From Rhizodiscina lignyota (taxonomy: Eukaryota): 64,000 bases of DNA. The stretch spans positions 186,001-250,000 of the forward strand of contig ML978135.1 in the NCBI GenBank assembly GCA_010015805.1. The letters run 5' to 3'. Position numbers and translations under genes: made by a program. The first letter of the stretch is position 1. Each line of letters begins with the position of its first letter. Of the stretch, positions 11,684 through 25,401 are shown in pieces. The notes below the pieces were generated by a model. It saw only the letters and a list, made by a program, of their open reading frames with translations. It did not search any database and was not told where the DNA came from.

Positions 11684-12279
11684 GGCGCTGGATGGCGGAT
11701 TGGCTGACGCACTTGCATTTGCAGCGCGAGGGGGGACGAGGGCGCTGCATGCACGTGCCGAGGGGAAAGAATCATTTCATTGCGGGTTTTTGGTGGGTGT
11801 GCTTTGTGGATTGTGGAGTTGTCAGCTTGGGGATGGTGAGCATTGGCGGTTCAAGGTATGTAAGTGGGAGCAGTCCGGAGCGTCTTGGTATGCAGCTGAT
11901 CGCCGAGGGGGCCGACCGCCGCGGACATCATTACCATCATTACTGAAACATCCACTTCAAACAAGATCATCGGCAGCAGCGTATTACGAATTATCATGCA
12001 CACGACGCTGGTGATGTTAAAACGGTGGTTCTCTGAGAGTTCACGCAATGCCTGCAGAAGACTTGAATTGGAGGCCCGTTCCGCAGTACTCTCAACGAAA
12101 CCAGCGCTAACTCAACGTCAATTTGTTCAAAATCGACGGCGGCAGTTGACAAAACACAAACACATGCTAACCATGTAAATGCAGAACAGTACGATATACT
12201 TCGGGATCTCCTCGCCGCAACGAGCTAACGTCCAACGACCCTTTGCCCACCTCTACACTGAGGTTGCAGACTTCTTTGT

Positions 12280-13217
12280 TCAAGTGTACTGCCATGCACC
12301 CGGTCCATCATTCCAGTCGACAGTCCAGATCGCAACATCGTAGCATAGATTGCTGAACGTAAGGCCAGGCAGCTTGGCGTATATCTGCGATCCGGGATTC
12401 ATGAACGCGGAAGTGCCAACACACGCAACCCAACCATCGCTGCCGGGCAAGATGAACTCTCCGTCTTCGTACGCCGTCACGCCGAAGACTGCACCTTGAG
12501 GGAAAGAGCCGCTGTGGGCCTGTGTATAGCCGAGAGCACCATTTGTGTTGACATAGAAGAGCTGGCCGCCAGGGACTTCGACATACTGCAGTAGACGGCT
12601 GGGTTAGCCGAAGAAACGCTGTCGGATATGATGTGTGAGCTGAGGAGACTCACCAGGCCATCGCCATCAGAGAGGACAGTCTGGTTGGTGTCAGGGCAGA
12701 CGCCTCCTTGCTGAGGAACCACGTCTGGACAGTACGTGCATGGCAGATCACGGATGTAGAAGGCCTGGCTGCAAGCATTGATGACCCGACCATCAAACTG
12801 ACCGCCTCTTACGACGAGCGTGTACGGTGTTGACTCAACAGGCTTTGACGTAAGGGTGCCATTGTCGCAGCTAACCCCAAATCAGCTCGAACCGCTAAAG
12901 ACCGATGGCTCAAACAACAGCGTGCATGCAGACTCACCTCAGTTGGCCAGGGTTATAGCAGCCATATGGAGTGCCGCATGGCTGGGTTGCCGTTCCATCG
13001 ATGATGGGGCAAAGCTGGTTGCCGCTATAACAGGTGTACTGTCTGCGAGTCAGCTCTGAGTGCACGAAGTGAATGATATGATGGAAAGGCCATACCGCAT
13101 CCGGACAGTACCTGGCACCACCGCAGTCTTGAAGCTGGCTCTCGGGGCAGCTCTGTGCTTGGACGTGCACGAGCGGGAGGAGCGAGAGAGTGAGTGTAAA
13201 TATGGTGAAGATGCCAT
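12280..13217 (-). CDS. Secreted Cys-rich protein: CBM52-like module plus a module resembling fungal 'IgE-binding'/cell-wall proteins; 4 exons; ATG out of frame by 1 nt (possible pseudogene)
   Basis: Signal-like IFTIFTLTLSLLPLVHVQA; CGGARYCPDA|YTCYSGNQLCPIIDGTATQPCG..CYNP; TYCP..VPGGQLFYV..GALGYTQAHS..AWQYT; three canonical GT-AG introns keep the frame. Confidence 0.75.
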
Positions 13218-14372
13218 GTTTTGGTTCAACGAGTGGAAGAGTGGGAGTTTTGAAAGAGTGGATTGGAGTGAGGGGAGATGATGCCAACTCTGAATCTGAT
13301 CGATGAGCAGACTGGTGTAAGTCGTTTGGCTCTCATACAAAAAGTGCGGGCGAGGGGGGGTTTATAGTCCGGGGAAAGCCGTGCTCTTTCTCAACTGAGG
13401 AAGTCGCGCTTTCTGTGTACGGCGATGCCAAGAGCAGGTCAGGCAGCTCTTGACGAGTGCAGTTGGGTGGCTACTGCTGATTGCGGCGGTGGATGCTGCT
13501 TTCAATGAGCGAATATCCAGGCACCTCCTCGGCCGAGGGAAGCTGCGGAGGGCAGCAGGGCAGCTGCATGGAAGTTGGATCTGGACGGCATTTCATACAG
13601 CACGTCTGCAGCTGGTCGTCCCATCCGCGAGTACGCTTCCTTCGCTCGTAATCTTGGCACGCTGTTGTATACGAAGCTGGCATCGTGACCTCGTGAAGGA
13701 GCGACTTATGTTGTTAGTTATAATGTCGGAATTATTGAAGGGCTCAAAACGGGTATGATGGAGGCGGATCGGCCATACTGGGGTGCAGATTAAAGACACT
13801 CCCGTTATTGGGTTACTGGTGACTCGCGATCGATTCAGGGAAAGTGAGGCCTTACTCAAGCTTCATGACATTGAATTCTAAGTTGACTTTGCATTTCCTC
13901 AGCGGGCTGCCCCGTGAGATTCGATTGGCCAGCCAGCTCTTGTGCTGGACACTATAGCATTCCAACTGATGGCGGGGGCGGGGCAGCTGCATTTTTGTAC
14001 GCGGCAATTCGTAGCGCGAGGGAAGTGGCATTTGAGCCATATTTTGCTGTGCCACTCGATATCAGGCCACCCACATGAAGCACAGCCGTTTGCTCAGGCA
14101 CTGCATGATGCTCCACGATCTGCCTGCACCGCAGACAACTCTCCTCTTCACATGAAGAAGCGACTCATGCCAGTCTGGGGAAGCCTGGATTATGACTCGA
14201 CATCCCGCTGTTTACCCGACTGCCTACGGTTGCGGCTACAAAAGTTTGTGTAAACACGCGACACTCGTCAACCTCACGCGCTCCACCGCGCAGAGTTGAA
14301 GTGCTCCGATGGCTTCGACTTTCTGCGCTTACTTCACTCCTTAATCAGCCGTCTTCCACCACGCCAACAGCC

Positions 14373-15793
14373 ATGCCACGCCTCGTTCGACGCACTCCTC
14401 TGGGGGAGCGAATAAAGAACTACATCTGGGACACGCTCCTTTGGGCCTCTGAGGAGCTGAATAGCGATGAGTGGGAAAACGCAGTCAAAGAATGGGTAAC
14501 CCCCATTGGACTGGCGCTCAACTTCATCTTCTTGCTCGCAAGAGCAAACGTCTCCGGGCAGAGCAAGGGCAGTTATGATGTATTTGGGGATTATGAGGGC
14601 CGCGGCCGAAGTGGATGGCTACAATGGCTGGTATGTCGAACTTGGATATCATAAGAACCAGTCTTCAGTTAACCCTGCAGCAGTGTAGCACCTTCACATT
14701 CATCCTGGCTGCCGCCTCGTTTTTGAATGCGTTCTATACCTTTGCTCGAAAGCGACACTACCGCCTATTCGAAGCTTCAGTCGACACTGTACCTTCGACG
14801 CCCTCGGCGCGACGTGTGCGTGTCGATTCCTCCCCCGCGGCTTCTTCGCCTCTCCGATTCCTTTCGAACATATTGGCTTCTGCGAACGCTGGATCTCGAG
14901 CGCACGCCGACGCAACTCACGACGTATGGGAAATCGCAGTCTGGGATCCAACGCCGCTATGCCTGCGCCTCTTCTGCCTGTTTAGTCCGGGCCATATCCT
15001 CATATACTGGTTCTTCCTCCCAGTGGCACCTTTAGATCCACGACCCAGCCTTACAATTGTGACGACACTCCTTCTCACAACTCTTCTCTCCATCCAGCTC
15101 AGCTTCCTCCACACCTCTTTCTCTCAGCAGATGAAAGATCAAGCAGTTATATCGAGGGAAGTGTTACACGAATACGACACCAAATACGTCCATCCAGCGC
15201 TGAACAGGCCCGTCCGCGACGTCGGGACACAAACTCCGTTCGAATCGACAGAGCACCCCAACCAAAATGTGCGTGAAGTCGAAACATACAAGCCCACGAC
15301 AATCATAAACCGTGGCTTCCACACCAATCCGAACCCGGCATATTCCGCACAGTACGATCCCGACAACGTCCTGCAGTCTTCCTCCCAGTACCAGGTACAC
15401 CAACCCCGGCGTCTCGTCAGCACTCCGCCGCTCCGCACCCCAATGAACGGCTACGCAGTGCCTGCACCATCAACGACGTCAACCGCGACAGGCGCAGACT
15501 TCTCCTCGCCCATCCGCCAGCAGTATCAGCGCTACCCCTCACCGCAGAAGGGCACGGGCGACGGCGGCAGTCTAGGCGTATACACGCACGCCGCGAGTCC
15601 GCTGCGGAAAGTCGCGAGCACAAATTATCTGCGCACTGCGGGAGACGGTGCGGAGGATGGGAGGAGGAAGAAGGAAGGCAGTCCGCTGAAGCGGTCGAGC
15701 ACACCTGGTGGCGGAGTTGATAGGCGCATACTGCATCAGCGACCGAAGGATTCAAGTCGGGATGCGGGAAGGAGGGAGAGCGGATACTTCTGA
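14373..15793 (+). CDS. Nur1/Mug154-like nuclear rim protein (DUF2418); intron 14631-14683
   Basis: MPRLVRRTPLGERIK, RKRHYRLFEASVD..PSTPSARRV, VWEIAVWDP..LFCLFSPGH, HEYDTKYVHP. Confidence 0.85.
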
Positions 15794-16721
15794 ATAGGTG
15801 GATGATTGTACAGTATGGAAATAGTCCAATGGAAACGAATTTCGGTCATGGTGCTGCTGCGGTTGTACGCCCGCTGTAAACCGCTGAGGCATAAATATGA
15901 TACGCCGACATGGTAGGTTATGCTTCTCCTCTGAGGGCAATACATATTTTGATCGCTGAAGTTGCGGATTTTCATTAAGTACAGTCCAAGTTACGTTACA
16001 ATAAGCATCCAGACACTCCTACTTACGTTAAGGAGCAAATCTCGTTCACATTGCACCCTTTCAACTTTCACCCAACTCAACTACTTTTCTTACCCTCAAG
16101 TTAGCCAACCAACCAACGGCAATAATCTGATTAGCTCTTGATCCAAATGATGAGCCACAGTTGATCTAAAGAGCAATCCAATAATAACAAACGAACTCCA
16201 CCACTTCTACAGCAAAACCGGATCCCAACATCTGAATACCATACCTGAATCCGACGGGCCTGCTGCACAGGAGAAGATTTGCCAGGGACGGGATTGAGGC
16301 AAGATGGCTGGCAAGGCTCCAGGACATGGAGGCTCAGGGAGGGAGAAAGGAGCTGGATCTGTCTTTTTACTCTGGCATTCAGGGCAAGAGTGCCTATTAT
16401 GTCTATACGCTGATGCTTTAGTTCGATATATGTTATTGATAGTGTGCGATTACGTTACGAGCATTCTTGTGCGCAAGGGATAGCGGCATCTTTGTTGAAT
16501 TCTAATATCCCCTCTTCTTGTACGTAAGGATACTTGCTGCTACTTCGACATTAGTTCAAAGTCAGAGACTGATCTCTTCTCCGCATAGCCAGCTTTATTT
16601 CGAAACTTGTGCCGCAATCGGAGCGCCGACGCTCAAACGCCTCCACCAACCCACACACGCGGACGCCGCAGGAAAGGAAATTCAAGTGTCAGTCTAGGCA
16701 ACAAACGTGATAACAGAGCTT

Positions 16722-18868
16722 TCACTCAGCCTGCATTGGACTGTCCGCCTTCAAATAGGTAAGGTCCAGTCCCTCCATATCGCCCTTCTCCCTCCACTCC
16801 TCCAAGATTTTCAGGAAAGCCGGCGAGCCGCCACCATAAGACGCGCTCTGCGCCCGTTTCGGGTTCGGCCTGCCTTCATCATTGTAGCTTTGAGGTCATT
16901 AGCGTTAGTCTTACTCCTAATACAGAGGCGAGATTAGAACGGTAGACTTACTACCCTGGTGTACACTCCTTGTGGAACTCCCTCCTCATCTCGCCCAGCT
17001 TGATGATCGTGTCGATCCACTCTTGCTCTGCTTTTTCTGTGGGCTCGGTGGTGCGGATGCCCTTGGCTGCGCACTGGCTGATAACCCAGGCGATGTGCTC
17101 GGCTTGGATCTGGGTGACGTGGATGAAGCTGAAAGGAAATGGGTTAGTTCTGCGATTTACAATTCGGGGCTGTGGTGCGAGAGTGAAACTCACTTCGGCG
17201 TCAACGCAGCCTGGACGATCTGCACAAAGTAGCAGTTCGGAAACCCCCTCGACGTCCATCCGTGCAAAGTCCTTGCGCCGCCCTTCCAGTGCTCAGTGAT
17301 GGTCAGCCCATCACGGCCGTAGATCTCAATGCCCGTGCGATGCGACCAATCCGTGGCAAGTTCGAAGCCAGTAGCATAGATCAAGCAGTCGAGTTCGAAT
17401 TCCTCCCCGTTCGCAACAACACCCTTCTCCGTGATTGCCGTGATGCCCTGCCCCTTCGTGTCAACGAGTCTAACATTTGGCCTGTTGAACGTCTGCAGAT
17501 ATTCGTCGTGGAAGCACGGCCGCTTGCAGAACTGGTTGTAGTACGGCTTCAGACTCTCCGCGATGTCCTTGTTCTCGACAATACTGTCCGCTCGTGCCCG
17601 CACGCTCTCCATCTTCTCGAAGTCGGCGAGTTGGCGCCTCGCTTGTGCCTTCTGGGGATCGACGGGCACACCGTTGCGCGGTCTGTTCATGAGTCTGCGC
17701 AGGATGTCGGTCCAGCCGTCAGAGACGAGGTCCTCGTCCTGCTGGCCGCCGTTGACGATGATGTTGAAATTGTCCATGCGGCGCTTCTGCCAGCCTGGGG
17801 TGAGCGAGGCAGCCCACTCTGGGTCAGTGGGTCTGTTGCCGCGCACGTCGATGGATGATGGCGTCCGTTGGAAGACATAGAGCTGCTTGGCCCACTCGCC
17901 GAGGTGAGGCACGATCTGGACAGCTGTGGCGCCTGTGCCGATGATGCCGACACGCTTGTCTTTGAGCTTCGTCAGGCCGCCTGTTGAATCGCCGCCGGTG
18001 TAGTTGAAGTCGAAACGGCTAGAGTGAAAGCTGTGGCCTTTGAAAGACTCGATCCCAGGCACACCAGGCATCTTCGGTCGGTGCAGCGGACCGGAGGCAG
18101 GAACGACAAAACGTGCGTGAATCAAGTCGCCTCGGCTTGTTTTGGCTGTCCATCTGGCGCTTTCCTCGTCCCAGTGGAGGCTTTTGACTTCAGTCTGGAA
18201 AAGCTATATGTCTGTCAGCACCTTACAGCGTGATCAAAGTGCTGCAGGGTAGAACAAACCGTCCGACGATGGAGATCGAAGTGCTTGCCAATCATCTCAG
18301 AATGTCGTAGGAGTTCATTTGCCCTGGCATACTTCTCTGTCGGCATATAACCGAGCTCCTCCAGAAGGGGCATGTATATGTAGCTTTCAATATCACATTG
18401 TGCTCCTGGGTATCTGTTCCAGTACCTTGACTAGGTTAGCTTACGTAGACATCGAGAAAGAGTGTTAAAATACCAAGTGCCGCCAAACGAGCCGGCCTTC
18501 TCGATGAGACGGATATCCTTCACGCCAGCCTCAATCAACTTCGCCGCGACGAGCTGTGCCCCATAGCCTCCTCCAATAATCACGACGTCTACTTCTTCAT
18601 CAATTGGATCTCGGGTGAAACCAGGTTCGACCCAGGGGTCGTCCAAATAGTGAGACAGCGACCCGTCGACGGGAATATATTGGTCGACACCATCGCCTCG
18701 AAGTCTCTTGTTGCGTTCTTCGCGATACTTCTCTTTCAGCTTGACGGGATCGAAAGCTAGCTTTTCTGAATTGGTGACTGTTTCGATGGGCGCGTCAAGC
18801 TTCGTCCGCTCTGGTTGAGGTATTAGAGCCTCTGGGAGCTGGGGTTGAGCAACATCTGCAGTTGCCAT
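16722..18868 (-). CDS. Baeyer-Villiger monooxygenase (type I FAD/NADPH); 5 exons
   Basis: Rossmann IIGGGYG and [23 protein letters not shown], fingerprint [35 protein letters not shown]. Confidence 0.92.
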
Positions 18869-19941
18869 TTTGGAAAAAGAAAGAAATGTTGATTCCAAAT
18901 GAAATTCTAGTTAACGGATTCTCTGCGAACTCTCGGCAAACCACCCTTGAAATACTTGTGAAGAGCTATGAAAGATCTGAGATATATGTACCAACCGTAC
19001 GAGCGGTAGTGCGTAAAGAAGTCTCCACGATCGCAGAAAGGACCGTATTTGGTTCTCCATCAACAGCCGCGGTGTTTGCGTACTCATGAACCCCTGTTGC
19101 CATCCCTTCGCACCTACCTTACCGAGGGCTCCAGATCATTCGTACGATACAATTTGCAGGCATCTCAACGGAGTGCTTTGCCAGAACACGATTGCTCCAA
19201 ATTCCGTTCGCTAAAGGCCCCGCCAAATGGCTTGAGCAGCAAGAAGGCGTGATTTTGGCCGAGGCTCGAAGTTGCACTTTGTTGCACTCCAAATGGCACT
19301 TACTAGTTGCGGTAACAGCTGCGACGCGGCCGTTACAATTGGCCGTGTCGTGAGAGTCGAGCAATAGGAGAAGACACATGATTTCGGGTAGTGTCATACT
19401 TCCTGTTCTGAATATAATTGACGTCTACCATTGTCTTCGCAATGACTTCTCGTCATGTTCCTCCGCCGCCGTATCGTTTCATGAAAGAGATGTGTTCTGT
19501 GAAAAATGGGGCAGCAGATGCGATTGTGCACGGCGGATTATACCCAAAAGAGGAATAGCCAAGTTGGTGTGCTCTATCATATCCTTGGTCAGCTGCATCC
19601 GATGTGGAAACCACTCAAGCCGAGATCTTTTGGTTACTCGTGAAATTTCACAGCAAACTTGCCGCTCGTTAGGTGGCGTCGATCGGGGGATGTGGATGGA
19701 ATCCATGCCGGTACCGGCATGGGATAGCGGATGATGGAAGAAAGCCGGTAACGGGTAGTCGTTTTGTGGCCTTCAGGCTTCAGAACAATTTACATTTGGA
19801 CGCCGTGATGCACTGTTCCGTTGCCTTGCAAGATAGTTTCTCATTCGGCCGGTATACAGGACTGATTCACGTAAGCAGCAGGGCAATGATTAATTTGAGT
19901 GCGTCTCAAGATTGCCAACCGAAAGCTAAGTTATCTATTGT

Positions 19942-22205
19942 CTAAAGTTTCGCTCTAGGAGTCTCTTCTAAGTCTTTGTATTTCTTGTAGCTCAGCAGCA
20001 CCTCCGGGTTCGCCACGGTCGAACTGACCTTGATATCCTTGCCGCTGATCAGCTGCTTCACAGCAATCTCGACCTTCTTTCCATTGATGGTAACCGGAAT
20101 GTCATCCACAGGGATGATGAATTTGGGAACATGACGACTTGAAAGTCCTTTGGCAATCGCGGTCCTCAGCTTTTGCCGTATCTCCTCAGTAAACGGCTTG
20201 CCGGGAAGCATCTTGACGAAGAGGAAAACAGTCTCATCGTTCTCATGCGCTCTTCGTCGGCCTACGCACAGAGTGTCCGCAATCTCGGCGTTGAAATCAG
20301 GACCTTCGACGATGGCGTAAACTTCGCCGCTGCCGAATCGAATTCCGGAGGGATTCAGCACACCATCACTATCACTATGTGAGCGGTTTCGCACTGAATT
20401 CCACATGGAGCATTGACTTACCTCCGGCCACTCATTACAACACCTGCTGTCGCAGGATTCCATGTGACCCCTATATTGCATTAGCCCATTCACCACGGCA
20501 GCCAGAATCGAGATTTGCATACAATCATGTTGCGCCCAAACATCGACCTTGTCGAAGCGCTCAAAATAGCTCGCGTGGTACTTCTTTCCGCCCTCATCTC
20601 CCCAAAAGAACGCCGGCATGCTTGGGAAAGGCTTGCGCACGACCAGTTCTCCTGGTTGACCTGTCTCCTTGATGCTATAGCCGGTTTCGGGATCTGCAAT
20701 GTCTATATCCATGCCCAGCCCGAACATCTGCATCTCTCCGGGAACGAGTGGCCCGCATGGGTCGGCTGCCAGAAGAGAGGTGGCGGTATCGGTCCCGCCT
20801 GCTACGTTGCAGAGATGGACACGAGTTGGGAAGTTGTTGTAGAACCAGTAATATTGTGTATGGGCCAGTGATGCTCCAGTCACATTGACAATTCTCAGAT
20901 TGGACAGGTCGAATTCCTTACGCGGGTTTACGCGATTGATCTCCAATTCGAGAAGATATCTTGGCGAGCTGCCATAGTACGATACCCTTTTTGTTGATGT
21001 TAGCGTTCCGCTCATTGCATTGACAACTATCAACGGCTTGGATTCGACGCCGTCTTACTTGTAATACTCCAGAATTCTCAACATGCTCCGCACGTCAGGC
21101 CAAAAAGGAGAGCCGTCATATGCCACAGTCGTCGCACCCGTTGCAAGATGTCCGTTCATGATATAAAACATGATCCAGCTGGTGCTTGAATATTGCAGCA
21201 CCACATCGCCAGCGGACAGCGTGTTGTGCAAATGCGATACCTTCTTCAGGTTCAAGATGATTCCATGCTGATGGACGATACACTTCGGCGTGCCCGTAGT
21301 CCCGCTTGAATAGCAGATGATGAGCGGGCAGTTGAACGGGACACGGTCATACTTCAAAGGATCACTCTGAGAGGACCGGATCAAGAACGACTCTATTGTC
21401 GGGTATTTCGACGTTTCCGGTACCTTTGGAATGATGAATGTCTCTTTTGGTTTCGACGATCCAAGTCTGGCAAGAATCCCTTCGATCTTGGAGTCCATGT
21501 GAGTCCGTCGGCCTTTGTACGACGAATGGCTGTCGACGAAGAGGATCGTGGCATCGATTTGCTGTAATCTTGACACGCATCCCTACTTGCATCTTAGTTA
21601 AACAGTTCAACACTAACATACTAGCACGAAGCCCGTACCTCAACACCCAGATCTGGTGCAATAGACGAATATATTGCACCAACACTTGCAGAAGCAAGGA
21701 ACAGCACAATACCCCATACACTGTTGCTAACCAGGGCAGCTATCCTGTCGCCCTTCTTGACGCCACTCCTGCGAAGAGCACTCTGGACAACTCGCACCTG
21801 TTCGCGGAGCTCTGTCCAAGTCATCTTCTCTTCAGTTCCGAACTTCTGGCCTTCTCGGAGTCCTATCAGGGCCGTGTTGTTAGGTACCTTGTCCGCATTC
21901 AATAGCACATTCTCCGCATAGTTTAAGTCGAGCCCTTCGTACCAGGGCGGATTCGTACTCATCGGTACTGTGTCATCGTACGCACGTGTCATCGTTGATG
22001 GAAGGGCAGGAACAAGTTCAAGGTAGTTGTAAACGTCGAGCCAGAACTTTTGGGAATTGGTAACGCTCCATTTGTGCAGCTCCTGGGAGTTTTGTAAGGA
22101 TAGAGAGAATTTCGAATTTACGTGCTGGCGATATTTATCCATGGCATTCGGTCTTCCATATTTCGGCTCCCATACCGGCTTTGGTGTCGTAGTGTTTGAA
22201 GCCAT
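19942..22205 (-). CDS. Acetoacetyl-CoA synthetase (AMP-forming), C-terminal PTS1 -AKL; 5 exons
   Basis: LNYAENVL, AMP-binding YSSGTTGTPKCIVH, GGTD, VWAQHDW, GR|SDGVLNPSGIRFGSGEVY, NGKKVEIAVK; ends PRAKL*. Confidence 0.9.
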
Positions 22206-23360
22206 GATTGCGAGTGCGGTTGTATGTCTTCGTTCAACGACCTTCGAACTTGCTGCTCTGACGACCTTAAAAGACGGCAATCAAGCTACCAAACCGAGCC
22301 CCAAAGCAATCAGTTTTAACAAAACTAGAGTCTGGCTTCCTCCGCGAAACCCCGAAAGATGTTCTTGATACCACGGTAACTAGATGCTTTGCAGCTTTGC
22401 AGGCGGCTATTTGTCAGGCTTGCAAATCGGATGGGACCGAGGGTACGAAACATGCAGCCGCACAAGGTGTATAGCCCAGGGTATAGAGTTGGAACGGTTG
22501 GAAGCTGAAATGACAGTATCTATGAAAGAATTCGATTGATATACGGCTGGATATCGAATGTTTTTGGCGGTGGAATTGGAGATTCCGCCGAGAGACCTGA
22601 TCGCCGAATATTACCGAGCCAACGCCAACGATGCGGAGATGTGGGAGCTCAGACTAATTCTGGTAGGAACGTCGTGTGTGAATTTTGAGATTCACGTCAA
22701 TGGGAGTCATAGAGTAGAATCAAGTTCGGCAATGTAATCTATTTAGTGGTTGATTGGTTATGGATATATTCGCAATCTGTTCGGATAAAGTGGACGGGTG
22801 CTTTTCTTAAATACAAAATTCTTCAGAGGCTTTAGTTATCATCGAATACGTATCATGACAGTGACTTGGAAAGTTTTTCAGCTTTGAAGATGACGTTGGG
22901 CGACCAGCCGTCTCTAACATCTCGTGTATTTCCGCATGAGCACCAAATCCAATGTTCACCAGTGTTTTAGTTCTTGTATTTGGCGCTAAAGAAACGACGT
23001 AACACATTCTCTTGCTATTTGCCAATTGGCATAAATTTTTCATGAGAGATTCTTCGTCAGACTTCGTCAGCTAATCCACTTGAAAATGGACGCGATTTTG
23101 CGCAAGTACTACGCATTGATAGACGCAAATGAGCAACATCGCTAACCGGCAAACAGCACATCCATCCAAATCACTCATATTTACAGGTGAGATGCCGATA
23201 AACAAAATGAAAGCAAAGGCCGAGATAAATAAATCGTGAATCCAAGGAATTTACCGTCCGAACCGCGCATGGCTAAGACCAATGCTTTTGGGTATCGCGA
23301 AAATAACCGAAATACCGGACTGTGAATCTCAAGATTGTCGTCCGGTTGTTGCCATCACTA

Positions 23361-24588
23361 TCAAAACTGATAGGGGCGTTTGGAAACTTGCACTGGAAAA
23401 GTGGTGCTCCGTTCAATGGCCCTGATGTCATCCTCCTCGGGATCATCAAGGTAGGGTATCGTGACGCTCTTCATTGGCGGCGTCAGAAGCGACAGCCGTT
23501 CCATTCGATCCGTAAATCTTTCAAGAAGGTGGTCCACAACGTTGAACACTACATTGAAGTCGTGCTGGATCTCCTCTGTGGACTCCATGATTACTGCTTT
23601 TCCGGAGGAGGGTTCTCCGGGCTCTGGACTTAGCGACGGTGGCAATCCGAGCCATCGATTATCATACGGACCCGTTGATGGCTCCGAGAGTGGTGTAATG
23701 GGCGAAAAGTCAGCAGAGGCTACAGTTGCCGTGCTGGGCGAGACTGCTTCGGAAAAAGGATTCTCGGAGCTTCTGTTACGGCGACTTGCACGACGTTCCT
23801 CGTCCCTCTTCTTGTTCTTCTCTTGCCGCTTCTGATTGGGCGGTCGAGTCTTCTTCTTCTTCCTCCCATTGTCTCCGCTCCGTATATCTGCTGCCTCTGC
23901 GAGCGAATTGGTCGGGGTTACATCATGCCTAACGCCATGTAGTCCGTAAAGCAGTGATCGGGGATTGTACCGAGGATGCCACGGACGGTCATGGAAGGGC
24001 GACCAATTCATAGGCGACATGGAGTCCCACATATTGGTTACATGAGAAGTTGCCCAGAGCTGTTCTGTATAACCTGTCGGATTGCCTTGCCATGGCACCC
24101 CCGCATGACTAGAATAATTATATCCCGAAGCCTGAGAATGCGATACATGGTGACCGCTATAGCCTTGCATGGCATTCAAAAAGGTGCCGTCAGAGATGTT
24201 CTGCCCATGGCCTTGAACTGCAGCAGTGCTTGATGCTATCACTGGGATGTATTCCGGGCCTTTCCCACTCCGCCGCTGTTGGGAGGGCTCATCCACAGAG
24301 CGTAGGTGATACTTCGAATGCGCCTCTTCGAGGAGTAGGGATTCATCAGTAGGGGCGTCGGACACAGTTTTAATCTCTCGGTCTAATTCTGGAACGGAGG
24401 TGTCCCGAGAATCAGTGCGGTTGTGGTTCGCATTGGGATCGATATCGTCTTTCGTGCCTGTGTCACATTTGTATAAGCAAGTTGTCCTGTAAATAAAAAA
24501 TGGCTTCTGTAGAATTCTAACCCGGACAAGAAACCACGATTGCTGGGGTTGGCCTTGCGGCATGTGGGAGATTTGGGTCGCTATTCAT
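23361..24588 (-). CDS. Hypothetical, largely disordered protein with a basic NLS-like tract (about 400 aa; start uncertain)
   Basis: 400-aa ORF 23361-24563 with RKKKKTRPPNQKRQEKNKKR; an alternative start at 24588 via a gttaga..acacag intron joins in frame. Confidence 0.5.
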
Positions 24589-25401
24589 CGCTTCTGAAGA
24601 TCCTGCGATAGACCGAATGGTGAAGACGCTCGCAGAAGCATCTTGGTGTGAGAACAAATGAAGAAGACTGGAAGCTGAATTGCAACGCTTAAAGCATCAG
24701 AGCTGTGCGGAGAGACGGCACGAGGCTGAAGGTCTTCAGCTGGATCGGTTTTGGATCACACGCGAGGAGGCGTTATTGGTGGTTGGGTCTGGACCTCGAT
24801 CCTCGCCAAGGACTGGAAAAGGGAAATCCGAAAGCAACCTGCAGCGCAACTCATGAGTCTCAAGTCTCAGGGAAAGAGAATGTAAATTTAAGATATGGGA
24901 CGAATGTCTCCAGCAATAAGTTAGCTTGTCATGTCATATGGATCTCAGATGCATCATAGAGCCCAAGCCACCACCGCAGACAGTGTGGCTTGCACTGCCA
25001 CAGCCGTGGAACATCGCCAGCTCGGCACAAGCCAATCATACATGTCATCAGATTGTGGTGTAAATCTACGTCACAGGCACCAGTAGTGTAGAATGTTATA
25101 AATTACAGAGCTGAAAATTGCTGGGTATAGATGTGATGCCTGAATATAAATCTTCGATCGGTGCCGAAATCCACATCAGAATTTGACTGAGTTGATTTTG
25201 AAGTCGCAAACCTCGCCGAAGACCAAATTTTCTTGGTCGGCCGTGTAAAGAAGAGAACCCGTTGCTATCGAGCGGAAACGACAGCGCCTCATGATTCGAA
25301 CGGCATTCGATGGCCTGAGCCTAGTTGCCTCAATGTACTGAATTGGAGAGTGAGACCCTTGGATGAAAGGTACAAGCTCTACTCCCAGGAAGAACAACTC
25401 T

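Noticed and set aside
16147..16235. C/D snoRNA-like ATGATGA ... CTGA spacing
   Set aside because: No terminal stem or convincing rRNA guide that I could identify
19119..19706. Possible degenerate fungal TF fragment between the BVMO and the synthetase
   Set aside because: Only vague resemblance across several frames; needs BLASTX
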